Shown piece by piece: positions 48,923 through 57,842 of a stretch of DNA of 64,000 nucleotides; position 1 is the stretch's first letter, and each line of letters starts with the position of its first letter. A program made the translations under genes and the position numbers. The stretch is from positions 31,207 to 95,206 of the forward strand of contig JAUXSB010000003.1 in the NCBI GenBank assembly GCA_030681595.1, read 5' to 3'. Source of the DNA: Candidatus Omnitrophota bacterium. GTDB lineage: Bacteria > Omnitrophota > Gorgyraeia > Ghiorseimicrobiales > Ghiorseimicrobiaceae. The notes beneath the pieces are model-generated. The model searched no databases. It had not been told where the DNA came from and saw only the letters and a program-made list of their open reading frames with translations.

Positions 48923-50455
48923 TTATTGCTTGGAGTTAGAGTTGAAGCACCGATTGTACTGCCCGCATTCTCGGCAAAATCCCCGCCATAAGTTTAAATT
49001 GAGATTATCCACCATAAGGCGACTTTGTGTTAACGCCGCAAGATATTTCGATTTCTTATAAATACAATAGATCTCGGAATGATACAACTTCAAAATTTCG
49101 CTGATATCGGCTTCGGAAAAAAATTCTGTGCAATATGGGATGACGGATAAATTAGATTTGGAGAAATTATAAAAATCCTTTAAGGAATTTACTTTACTTA
49201 ATACTCCGTATTTTTCTGGATAAAGGAATAGTGGAGAAGCAGGGTCAATCGCAGTTGAGTCCTGGCGTATTTCAACATTCGCTAATCTATTCCGTATGGA
49301 ATTAATGAATTTTAATGTTTCATATATATTTTTTTTTGTTTCAAAAGGCAAACCCGCGGAAAACGATAAGCATAATTTAAGATTTTTTTTATTGGCATAC
49401 AATAAAATCTCTAATATTTCATTATTTGAATAGCCCGCCTCTTTATTCATTTTCCTGATTTTTCGCGATCCGCTTTCTAAAAAAATTGAAATAATTGACC
49501 CCCTTTGAAATGTTTTCGCGAATTCGTCAATAAATACCTTTGTTGATAATCTGCAATCACCAAAATTTATAGTTAGGTCGATTTTATTTTTCCGTATTTC
49601 TTTAAACAAATCCATAAAATATGCATCATTCTGGCTCACCGCATACATATGCAGTTTATTGATATTATATTTTTTCAGTCTTTTTAAATCCTTAATCACA
49701 TATTTCACATCGGCAAAAACAATTTTACTTCTCTTGTTAATATTTTTTTGGGCCGAACACCCTCCCCCACAAAAAGAACAGCTCCTGACGCATCCCCGGC
49801 TAGCAGTATAATAAAATATTGGTTCGCTATCCTTATTGTTTAAATCCATAGAGAAGAATCTTATATATTTATCGTGGTTACGAATAAGTTTAAAGTTCGC
49901 ATATGATAATCTGTTAATTATGGCTTTGCCGGCAACATAAGTATGGGGGTTTTCAACTATGCCTTCACCGTCTCTCCATACCAAGTTCGGGATAAGGCGC
50001 AACCCCTCCGGAGATTTACTTCGGATACTATTTAAAAGCGCTAATAAAGGGATTTCCGCATCACCCTTGATGACAAAATCTATTTCTTTATATGTACGCA
50101 TAATTTCAGTGGCGAAAAGTGAAGCCGTCATCCCGCCTACTATCACCGTAATCTTTTTAATCCCGCGTTTTAAATATTTAATCGCCTCCAATACTTCGTA
50201 TGTATGCTGATACCAATGAAGATCAAATAATACTGCCCAATAACCTCTACTTATAACAAAATTTTTCAAGTCAAAACTGGGATTTAAGCTTTTTTCCAGG
50301 CCCAGATGAATAATAGACGGTTTAAAGCTATTTTTTGATAAATAGTCTGCGATGCCTATCATGCCGCGAGGCATCAATTTTATGCTAGGATTTTTCCCCT
50401 CTCTGGATACATGGACAAAACAAACTTTATTATTAAGCTTAAGGTTAGCAGCCAT
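48923..50455 (-). CDS. B12-binding-domain radical SAM enzyme (class B)
   Basis: 510 aa. The N-terminal Rossmann-like cobalamin-binding region reads VIVGGMTASLFATEIM...DFVIKGDAEIPLLALL. This is followed by ASRGCVRSCSFCGG and a C-terminal CRECGQYNRC. Confidence 0.75.
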   Translation of the reverse strand: MAANLKLNNKVCFVHVSREGKNPSIKLMPRGMIGIADYLSKNSFKPSIIHLGLEKSLNPSFDLKNFVISRGYWAVLFDLHWYQHTYEVLEAIKYLKRGIKKITVIVGGMTASLFATEIMRTYKEIDFVIKGDAEIPLLALLNSIRSKSPEGLRLIPNLVWRDGEGIVENPHTYVAGKAIINRLSYANFKLIRNHDKYIRFFSMDLNNKDSEPIFYYTASRGCVRSCSFCGGGCSAQKNINKRSKIVFADVKYVIKDLKRLKKYNINKLHMYAVSQNDAYFMDLFKEIRKNKIDLTINFGDCRLSTKVFIDEFAKTFQRGSIISIFLESGSRKIRKMNKEAGYSNNEILEILLYANKKNLKLCLSFSAGLPFETKKNIYETLKFINSIRNRLANVEIRQDSTAIDPASPLFLYPEKYGVLSKVNSLKDFYNFSKSNLSVIPYCTEFFSEADISEILKLYHSEIYCIYKKSKYLAALTQSRLMVDNLNLNLWRGFCRECGQYNRCFNSNSKQ

Positions 50456-50536
50456 TTAAAAGCGTGAAAATGTGTTTTCTTTCGAATAAATACGCAAATT
50501 ACTGTGAATCATTTTTTTAAATTTACGGTTATCCCC

Positions 50537-50775
50537 CTAGGTGTTTAAAAGTATATCCCGTATAGACGAAGAGGTTTTTCCGATATCATCCAAACTTTTT
50601 ATATCATTCACTGTGCCAAAATAAAATTCTCTTTTTAGCTTTTTAAATTTAGTCTCAAGCAATGGCCCCCCACAAAATATATCCCCCCGTCGCAATCAAC
50701 AGCCGGTTCAGAAGATATGATCCGCTCACCTTCCCGAATTTTGAAATTCGCTATAAAATTAATAATCTATTGATA
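50537..50775 (-). pseudogene. Possible decayed or frameshifted small ORF in the only large intergenic gap of the cluster
   Basis: Two overlapping minus-strand frames read ...EGERIISSEPAVDCDGGIYFVGG and GGPLLETKFKKLKREFYFGTVNDIKSLDDIGKTSSSIRDILLNT*. Adding one G in the G6 tract (50666-50671 on plus) would fuse them. No canonical start codon is present. Confidence 0.25.
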
Positions 50776-50800
50776 CTGGGTAAAACTTGCGTATCCATAA

Positions 50801-51742
50801 TCATTTTATCGGCTTTAATTCTGAATCGCCGTATAGCTTATAATAAGGCCGAAAAATTCCTTTGCAAAAATTATTTTTTTTACATACCCTGCATAATCTG
50901 GTTTTAGCGGCCATTGGGGTAGAGCGATTAATTTTTCGCAGGCGCAAAGAACCTTTCTTGTACTCCATTCTATCGTATTGCTCGTTAGCCTCTGCACTAC
51001 AATCATCTATATTGCCTGAAAAATCAGGCAGTACACAAGAAGGAACCCCAAAAATCCTGATATTCATCTTCAGGATTTGAGCTAAATTAAAAATGAGATG
51101 CGCTTTTTTTTCCCATTTACTTAACCTTACCGTATATTCCATGATAAATTTTTTATTTGCCGTTACGGGGACCATATTTGAAAATAACACCCTCTTTACT
51201 CCCAAATTATGCAACCCTATAATTATATCTTTTAAATATGGAAAATTATATTTTGTGACTACGGAGTTAGTTAATAAGTTAATTCGCGGATTTATGTCCA
51301 GGATATTCCGTAAGGCGCCGATTACTTTTTTGAAACTTCCGGGATTATTGGTATGACTATCATGAAGCCCAGCATTATGGCCATGCATAGAAATAACTAT
51401 CTCATCAATAAATGGGACTACCTTAGCCGCGAAAGAATACGAACTAAGCATAACGCCATTAGTGTTAAGATGCACCTCAAAACCATGGCTTTTTGCGGCA
51501 TAAAGAACATCGAAAAAATACGGATACAGCGTCGGTTCTCCCCCGGTAATAAATAGTGAACTATATTTCCCGGAATTTTTTTTAAAGAATGCGGTAATCC
51601 TATTCAAAGCAAAAGGTTGTAGGCTAAGATTCTCCTGTGCTCTGTTATCGGCTTCCAAACAAAAATCGCAATTGTTGGTACAGGCATAAGAAAGCATTAT
51701 TTCTAAGCGCTTTATTTGCTTACTCTTCTTCAATGTATGCAT
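50801..51742 (-). CDS. Small radical SAM protein, paralog S4
   Basis: It has ACTNNCDFCLE, ITGGEPTLYP, SMHGHNAGLHD and VPSCVL. The C-terminus is CRVCKKNNFCKGIFRPYYKLYGDSELKPIK. Confidence 0.85.
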   Translation of the reverse strand: MHTLKKSKQIKRLEIMLSYACTNNCDFCLEADNRAQENLSLQPFALNRITAFFKKNSGKYSSLFITGGEPTLYPYFFDVLYAAKSHGFEVHLNTNGVMLSSYSFAAKVVPFIDEIVISMHGHNAGLHDSHTNNPGSFKKVIGALRNILDINPRINLLTNSVVTKYNFPYLKDIIIGLHNLGVKRVLFSNMVPVTANKKFIMEYTVRLSKWEKKAHLIFNLAQILKMNIRIFGVPSCVLPDFSGNIDDCSAEANEQYDRMEYKKGSLRLRKINRSTPMAAKTRLCRVCKKNNFCKGIFRPYYKLYGDSELKPIK

Positions 51743-53114
51743 CTAAGTCTTGATGTTCTATATCATTAATTCTACTTTTAGCAACAGAATACTTACTTTT
51801 AAAAATATTCATAACTTTTTTGCTGTAAAAAATTTTGGATAAGATAAAATACTGTTTTTTATCCTTAAAATTTGGCCGAAAAATTAAACTGCTGTCTAAA
51901 CAATTTAAATTTCGCTTTAAAAAACTAATTTCTTTTTTAAAGGCCGGATTAAAATCAACGCCAAACAGCTTAAAAAACTTTCTTTTGTTTATCCCTTGAT
52001 AAAGAAACTTAATAATATAATATCTGCTTTCTTCATCCCTGTTCATTTTATAGCCATTATATAACTGGGCTGATTTAAAATAATTATTAATACCGGTTGA
52101 TAAACGGTAACATCTGTTTGCAAACGCATAAGATATCGCGCCGTATCCTAAGCCCAAAATAGATACCTTAAAATCTGGGGACTCAAATAAATTAATCTGC
52201 GGGTTTATTGCTTCCTTTGATAAAGCCGACCCTGCGCGGCCGATGCTTTTATAGCCAGAAAATTTCTCTAAAATATTTCTCTTGATATCAACCATCATCT
52301 TCCTTCTTCTTATGTCGCGTTGCGTAAATTTAAAATTTTTCCTTGAAAATAAGGTATTTTTATCTGGCAAAAAAGGATTAACATGAATAATATCGGGGTG
52401 CAATTTAACAACCATCAATAATGATTTAACGAATGACTGTATTGTCTGCCCCGGTAAGCCAGCCATTAAATCAATATTCAAATACGGAATGCCTATTTCT
52501 CTTGCCTGAGTAAACGCTCGGTAAACTGAATCTCGGGTTTGTTTTCTCGCCATCTTTACCAATACTTTTTTATCCAGTGTTTCTACGCCGATAGTCAGGC
52601 GCTTTAATCCTAGATCCTTAAGTAATCTTAACTTACCGCTATCAAGAGAATTCGGATGCGCATCAATGGCGAATAAAAAATAATCCTCAAAGCAGAACTT
52701 TCCTTTTATGTATTGAATCAAATCTGCAATCTGCTGGTTTCTCAATACAGTCGGCGTGCCTCCTCCTATATATAAAGAACTAAATTTAATGCCCCTGAAT
52801 AGGCTATGAAAAGAATCGATTTCTTTCTTTAAAGCTCCCAGGTAAGTATCAAGCTGAGAGAAACTCGATAGCGGGAAAGAAACACAATTACAATAAACGC
52901 ATTTTGTCTGGCAAAAAGGAATATGTATATAAAGGCATATTTTATTAAGACGGGGGTCTCGCTTTAAATTACGGGCAACGTTTTTCCATGATTTAATAAT
53001 CTCATCCTTGCTAACATTAGACCAAATCAAAGGCGGAGGATATAATACGGGATAACCATCTTCCAAAGAATGCAATGTGATATTTGTAAAAAGCGCATTA
53101 TCCATAATATCCAT
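51720..53114 (-). CDS. HemN-like radical SAM enzyme, copy 1
   Basis: 464 aa. It has LYIHIPFCQTKCVYCNC, LYIGGGTPT and KRLTIGVET. It is a paralog of 45697-47055. Confidence 0.8.
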   Translation of the reverse strand: MDIMDNALFTNITLHSLEDGYPVLYPPPLIWSNVSKDEIIKSWKNVARNLKRDPRLNKICLYIHIPFCQTKCVYCNCVSFPLSSFSQLDTYLGALKKEIDSFHSLFRGIKFSSLYIGGGTPTVLRNQQIADLIQYIKGKFCFEDYFLFAIDAHPNSLDSGKLRLLKDLGLKRLTIGVETLDKKVLVKMARKQTRDSVYRAFTQAREIGIPYLNIDLMAGLPGQTIQSFVKSLLMVVKLHPDIIHVNPFLPDKNTLFSRKNFKFTQRDIRRRKMMVDIKRNILEKFSGYKSIGRAGSALSKEAINPQINLFESPDFKVSILGLGYGAISYAFANRCYRLSTGINNYFKSAQLYNGYKMNRDEESRYYIIKFLYQGINKRKFFKLFGVDFNPAFKKEISFLKRNLNCLDSSLIFRPNFKDKKQYFILSKIFYSKKVMNIFKSKYSVAKSRINDIEHQDLDAYIEEE

Positions 53115-54082
53115 TAATTAATAGACGTGAAATCGTCAACGCCAAAATTATCGATATAATCTTTATATGGCCCGATACAGCTGTTCCTTCTCTTGCAATC
53201 CAGGCATTTATCAATCGGGGGATTTTGAATAATTACCTCCTTAGCATATAAATTGGGGTAAGAATCTAAATTTAAAACTTTTTTATCAAACGCAATACAA
53301 AATGGAAGTTCGGAAGAAGCGTCGTTTAGTTTACCGAATCTCTCCAAAACACAAACCGGAAAACCACGGAGAAATTCTTTTGACTTTTTTAGCTTGAAGA
53401 ATAAATTACGATACGGAACCATTAAATCCTTATAGTTAATGTCCTTGGGAAATGGATGAAATTTAACATGGATGAACCCATCAAAAAAAAATCTTGGGAA
53501 GGCATAATTACAAAACCCGAGAATATCATCTAAAAAACAATAATTTTGCTTTAATACAATGGAATGAAGATTGATATTCAACTCCCTAATCTTATTTAAT
53601 GCGCGTAAAACGCTGACAAGCGCTTCAAATGAACCTTTTTTCCGGACAACTCTGTCATGCACTCTAGCATCGGCGCCATAAATCGGTATATAGAAATTAA
53701 ATTTTAAAGGCAGACGCAAGATATTATCTAATGTATCTTTTTGTCCTAATTTTAACCCGGAAGTATGCAGATTGACTTCTTCATAGCCAAGCTTATGGCT
53801 AAAATTTAAAATTTGCGCTATAAATGGATGTGCCAGAGGCTCATCACCGCTTAAAAATATCTTTTTTAACTTTAGCCGCCTTCCAATGGCTAAAAGCCCT
53901 TTTATCCTAAACAATTCGCTATTAAGGCTATTATTTTTAATTTTACCCGGCTTACCGGGATAATTGGAAGTGCAAAAAATACAGTCATAGTCGCATTTAC
54001 TTGAAATTGGCAGAAGCGCATATTCAATTTTATTTAAAAGGGGCAAATTCTTTGTCACCATAGATTTTAAGGTATTCTTCAA
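53114..54082 (-). CDS. Small radical SAM protein, paralog S3
   Basis: It has KCDYDCIFCTS, LSGDEPLAHP, IYGADARVHD and FPVCVL. The C-terminus is CLDCKRRNSCIGPYKDYIDNFGVDDFTSIN. It overlaps the upstream gene by 32-53 nt, depending on which start is used. Confidence 0.8.
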   Translation of the reverse strand: MKNTLKSMVTKNLPLLNKIEYALLPISSKCDYDCIFCTSNYPGKPGKIKNNSLNSELFRIKGLLAIGRRLKLKKIFLSGDEPLAHPFIAQILNFSHKLGYEEVNLHTSGLKLGQKDTLDNILRLPLKFNFYIPIYGADARVHDRVVRKKGSFEALVSVLRALNKIRELNINLHSIVLKQNYCFLDDILGFCNYAFPRFFFDGFIHVKFHPFPKDINYKDLMVPYRNLFFKLKKSKEFLRGFPVCVLERFGKLNDASSELPFCIAFDKKVLNLDSYPNLYAKEVIIQNPPIDKCLDCKRRNSCIGPYKDYIDNFGVDDFTSIN

Positions 54083-54977
54083 AGATTCCTCCGCATACAG
54101 AAAATAGCCGGCATTTTATACATTTAGCGATTTTTATTCTCGACATATCAATTATATTGCTGGAAAAATTTGATATTGATTTTCGCGTGCTTATTTCCCT
54201 ATTCCAAAGGCACATTTCTGAGTCATTCTTAAACCTTTTACCTATCCTCATCTCTGGCTCATAAACTTCAAAAGCATACATAAAATTATCCTTGCCTAAA
54301 ATACATAACGGCACGCCCCCGAATCTTAACGGTATCCCGGATTCTTTTGAATATTCTGCCAATTTAAGGATATATTGCTTAAGCTTACTAAAATTTACTA
54401 CTAAATTTTTATAATCGTTTTTCGCATTTCCGCTAGGGACCAAATTTAAGTACCTTACGCAGCGGGGGCTATATTTAGACACGACTTTAAATATATCCAG
54501 CAATGACGCGGCATTATGTTTTGTTATGGTTACATTTACAAGAAATGCTTTTTTATAATATTTCCTAACATTTTTAAAAGCTTTTATCAATATCTTAAAA
54601 CTATTCTTATTGCCGGTATGTAAATTATGCACATATTCATCCGGGCCTTGTATTGAAAGGCACAAATCGTCGATATATTCAAAAGCCCTATTGCAAAAAA
54701 CTTTATCGGTAAACATAACACCATTCGATATAACATAAATTTGATAATTTAGATTTTTTGCGGCATGTAAAATTTCAAGAAACTTAGAATGCAAAGTTGG
54801 TTCTCCTCCCATAAAATGGACTAAACGCGCTCCCCGCTTTTTCTCTTTTTTCAGAACTTTTATTATAAATCCAAACGGGAGTTCACTATTATCAAACCTT
54901 GAATTCTCGCTGCAAAAAATACAGTTATTTGAACATTTATTCGCGATAAATAATTCTATCCTGTTTATTTTAAACAT
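54030..54977 (-). CDS. Small radical SAM protein, paralog S2
   Basis: It has KCSNNCIFCSEN, FMGGEPTLHS, SIQGPDEYVHN and VPLCIL. The C-terminus is CIKCRLFSVCGGIFEEYLKIYGDKEFAPFK. Confidence 0.85.
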   Translation of the reverse strand: MFKINRIELFIANKCSNNCIFCSENSRFDNSELPFGFIIKVLKKEKKRGARLVHFMGGEPTLHSKFLEILHAAKNLNYQIYVISNGVMFTDKVFCNRAFEYIDDLCLSIQGPDEYVHNLHTGNKNSFKILIKAFKNVRKYYKKAFLVNVTITKHNAASLLDIFKVVSKYSPRCVRYLNLVPSGNAKNDYKNLVVNFSKLKQYILKLAEYSKESGIPLRFGGVPLCILGKDNFMYAFEVYEPEMRIGKRFKNDSEMCLWNREISTRKSISNFSSNIIDMSRIKIAKCIKCRLFSVCGGIFEEYLKIYGDKEFAPFK

Positions 54978-55977
54978 ATGATTTATGTTTTATGGAAAAA
55001 TGCAGGTCTGCCTTATAATTCATGCCCTGATTTCGTTTCCTGTCCGTACTGATAATGCATGGATACATAACAAAATCATTTTTATCGCAAATTTTAATAA
55101 GATCTTCAATCGCGTTAAGATGAGATCTTAAATTCCAGCATTTCAAAAAATTAAAAATCTCTTTGTACGAGCTACTGAAATCGGAAATATTGTTTTCGTA
55201 AATTTTTAATATTTTTAACGGAATAAGGTGGCCGCCCTTATCAAAACGGTATGCGATTTGGTAAAAAGCGGACTTTTCTTTTGTGAATTTTTCAAAGAAA
55301 TTTTCAAAATAAGCATACTGCCGCCAAGTAAGCAGGTCTCTATACCTGCCTAAACTCAAATGCTTTGAATAATTGTATATTTTAATGCTGTATGTTGAAT
55401 CGCAAAAAAAATCTATCCCAATAACACTTATTAAATAATCTTTTAAGGCAGTAATAATATCTTCGCCATTAAAATTTATAATTTTACTAATAGTTGAAAT
55501 TTTGTTAAGCCTGCTCTTTTGAGAATCAGAAATGAGTAATTCTTCTAAGTATATTTTTAATCTTGGGTATGAGCCTATAGGCCAATCCATGCCGAATGTG
55601 GTCTGATGTTTATCCCTAACTTTTATCGCATTGAAAATCTCTTTAAGCTTGAGTGTGTTGTAGCGTGTTTTATAATTATAATTCAATACGTTAAAAGCAT
55701 TAATTATTTTTTTATCAAATGATTGTTTTTCATTATAATTGTTGTAGGTAAACCTAAAATTTGAAATATGGTCATACCCTTTGATTAAAGAAAAGGAAAA
55801 GTCAAATTTAAAATGCGCCGGGACATCTCTATGGTTGGAATGTTTTATTATCGAATCTTTTACTGCGCTTACAACTTTTTTATTAATGCTACCGCCTATC
55901 TCGCCTAACAGATAGCCTATAATATTCGAGATGGATAAAAAAAATAAACGATTTCTATTTATTGCGCTATCGCCCAT
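54970..55977 (-). CDS. Hypothetical protein (unknown family) embedded between radical SAM genes
   Basis: 335-aa ORF that overlaps both neighbours (8 and 11 nt). It has no Cys motif and no feature I recognise. Confidence 0.5.
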   Translation of the reverse strand: MGDSAINRNRLFFLSISNIIGYLLGEIGGSINKKVVSAVKDSIIKHSNHRDVPAHFKFDFSFSLIKGYDHISNFRFTYNNYNEKQSFDKKIINAFNVLNYNYKTRYNTLKLKEIFNAIKVRDKHQTTFGMDWPIGSYPRLKIYLEELLISDSQKSRLNKISTISKIINFNGEDIITALKDYLISVIGIDFFCDSTYSIKIYNYSKHLSLGRYRDLLTWRQYAYFENFFEKFTKEKSAFYQIAYRFDKGGHLIPLKILKIYENNISDFSSSYKEIFNFLKCWNLRSHLNAIEDLIKICDKNDFVMYPCIISTDRKRNQGMNYKADLHFSIKHKSYV

Positions 55978-56872
55978 ATTTTTTTAGGACAGGGACAAAT
56001 TCTGACCAGCCAAATTTTTCAGGATACTCTTTCCACGGCCCTTCACAAATTTTATAATGATAGCAATGCCTGCAAGACAAATTCTTCGCTTTTCCTTCTT
56101 TTTTACGTACTTTCGTAAAATCATCGATAACCTTTCCAAGGTCATAAATTATTGTTTCGGGTATAATCTTTTCAGCGATATAATCTTCATAGCCTTGCAT
56201 GAAACAATAAGGTATTGCTTCTGTCATGACTTTTTTATTAGCCTTGATACCTATACCCAAACCTTCCTTAACATAGGGCATAACCATTGAAATTCTCGGC
56301 ACAACAGAATAAAAATTATCGCCTGCCGAACCGGCAGCATGGACAAATGCAAATTGAAATTGGTCAACGCCAAGTTTTACCAAAAGCTCAGCGATTTGCG
56401 CTAGATGCCTATAATTAGGTTTAGTAATAACCGTGTTAGTGATTACAGTTTGATTTCGTTGTTTTAAATTTATTATTCCCGCGACAGTCTCGTTAAAGCT
56501 GCCGGCAGAAGAAGTCAAATAATCATGGACTTGGGCGATATGCCCATGGAGTGCCGGAGAAAATTCATTCGCCCCTGCGGCAATAATTTCATCGCAAAAC
56601 TTTTTATAATAGAATATCCTGCCGTTAGTTTGTATTTGGATAATTTTAAATTTCAATCTTTTGGCATGGCCAACCAAATCTAAAATATCGCTTCGTATTG
56701 TAGGCTCGCCTCCGGTAAAAACAACCCCATCGCAGTCTCGCCTGGCATCCTCTAAAATCTTCTTTATAGCAAGAGTATCTTTATCGCTTTGCAGGTGTCT
56801 CTTCTTGCCCTGGACGCAAAACCGGCAATGGTTATTGCAAGCAAATCCGATTTTAATATCAACTCTTTTCAT
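55967..56872 (-). CDS. Small radical SAM protein, paralog S1
   Basis: It has ACNNHCRFCVQG, FTGGEPT, ALHGHIAQVHD and IPYCFM. The C-terminus is CRHCYHYKICEGPWKEYPEKFGWSEFVPV. Confidence 0.85.
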   Translation of the reverse strand: MKRVDIKIGFACNNHCRFCVQGKKRHLQSDKDTLAIKKILEDARRDCDGVVFTGGEPTIRSDILDLVGHAKRLKFKIIQIQTNGRIFYYKKFCDEIIAAGANEFSPALHGHIAQVHDYLTSSAGSFNETVAGIINLKQRNQTVITNTVITKPNYRHLAQIAELLVKLGVDQFQFAFVHAAGSAGDNFYSVVPRISMVMPYVKEGLGIGIKANKKVMTEAIPYCFMQGYEDYIAEKIIPETIIYDLGKVIDDFTKVRKKEGKAKNLSCRHCYHYKICEGPWKEYPEKFGWSEFVPVLKKYGR

Positions 56873-57842
56873 TTTTAAGGTAGCGCACGAAAGATGTTAA
56901 AACTTTATCTACTGCCATTGTAGAATCAAAAATCGGCTTAGAGACGCCCTCTTTAATTATTTGCCTAATATTTGCCAAACCGGGAAAATGAGTTTTTATA
57001 AAAGGAAGGCTTCTAACGGACCCGATCTTAAGTTGTTTTCTAAAAGGGGCGAAATATTTAGCCAAAAATAAATTATTTGTGAAAATGTCGCCATTACAGT
57101 CAACGACTAAACCGGCGTTAAATAAAGGAACGGTATTCGTAAAGTCTAAATTCCTAATATAGATATCCATTTTATTTCTGTTCCCTAGTATAAATCTTGC
57201 GATTTTATAAAAATTATTTTTCAACAATTTTATTTTATTTTTATCCCAATAAATAAAATAAGCCGGCAAAAAGTTAAAACGATTAAAACCCAGCTTCAGG
57301 ACATAGATAAAATTATTATAAAATACCTCTGCGGTATTGGGCGCAATAACCATATTTATAGTTACGCGGCCCGGATAAGAAGAAAAGAGTTTGTGTCTAT
57401 TTAAAATTATTGTATCAAACGATTCTTTTTTATTCTTTGTAATCCTATTGCGTAATTGGGTATCTCGATCGCCATCTAAACTTATAATTAATTCTATATC
57501 CCTGTTTGTCTTTAAAAAATCTATGATTTTATTGTTTAATAACGACCCGTTGGTCGTCAGTTGAAATTGAATTTTTTTATGCAAAATTTCCGCTTTTTTT
57601 CTTGCGAATATTATAATATCCCTTAGCAAAGCAAAATTCATTAATGGCTCGCCGCCGGAAAATTTGATTAAACAATTATCGGGCGCGATTTTCAAAAAAA
57701 AATCTACGGATATTATGGCGATATCATAATTTATCTTTGAAAAATCACGTATGGTTGGACAATACCGGCACTGGAAATTACAGCGATGGTTTATTATAAT
57801 TATTAGTTGCGGGGGGAGCGAATTAATATTACCATTGGCCAT
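56859..57842 (-). CDS. Radical SAM enzyme, HxsC-like (no full SPASM Cys set)
   Basis: It has HRCNFQCRYCPT, FSGGEPLMNF and VDCNGDIF. I placed the start at the ATG at 57842 (MANGNINS). This overlaps the precursor stop by 14 nt. The track's longer N-terminus (MAPMAPMAP...) is the HGS-repeat DNA read in another frame. Confidence 0.65.
   Translation of the reverse strand: MANGNINSLPPQLIIIINHRCNFQCRYCPTIRDFSKINYDIAIISVDFFLKIAPDNCLIKFSGGEPLMNFALLRDIIIFARKKAEILHKKIQFQLTTNGSLLNNKIIDFLKTNRDIELIISLDGDRDTQLRNRITKNKKESFDTIILNRHKLFSSYPGRVTINMVIAPNTAEVFYNNFIYVLKLGFNRFNFLPAYFIYWDKNKIKLLKNNFYKIARFILGNRNKMDIYIRNLDFTNTVPLFNAGLVVDCNGDIFTNNLFLAKYFAPFRKQLKIGSVRSLPFIKTHFPGLANIRQIIKEGVSKPIFDSTMAVDKVLTSFVRYLKNEKS

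Noticed and set aside
50662-50907. Plus-strand 81-aa ORF spanning the intra-cluster gap and the 3' end of a radical SAM gene.
   Set aside because: It is antisense to a well-supported gene for half its length, has no RBS, and its translation is low-complexity.
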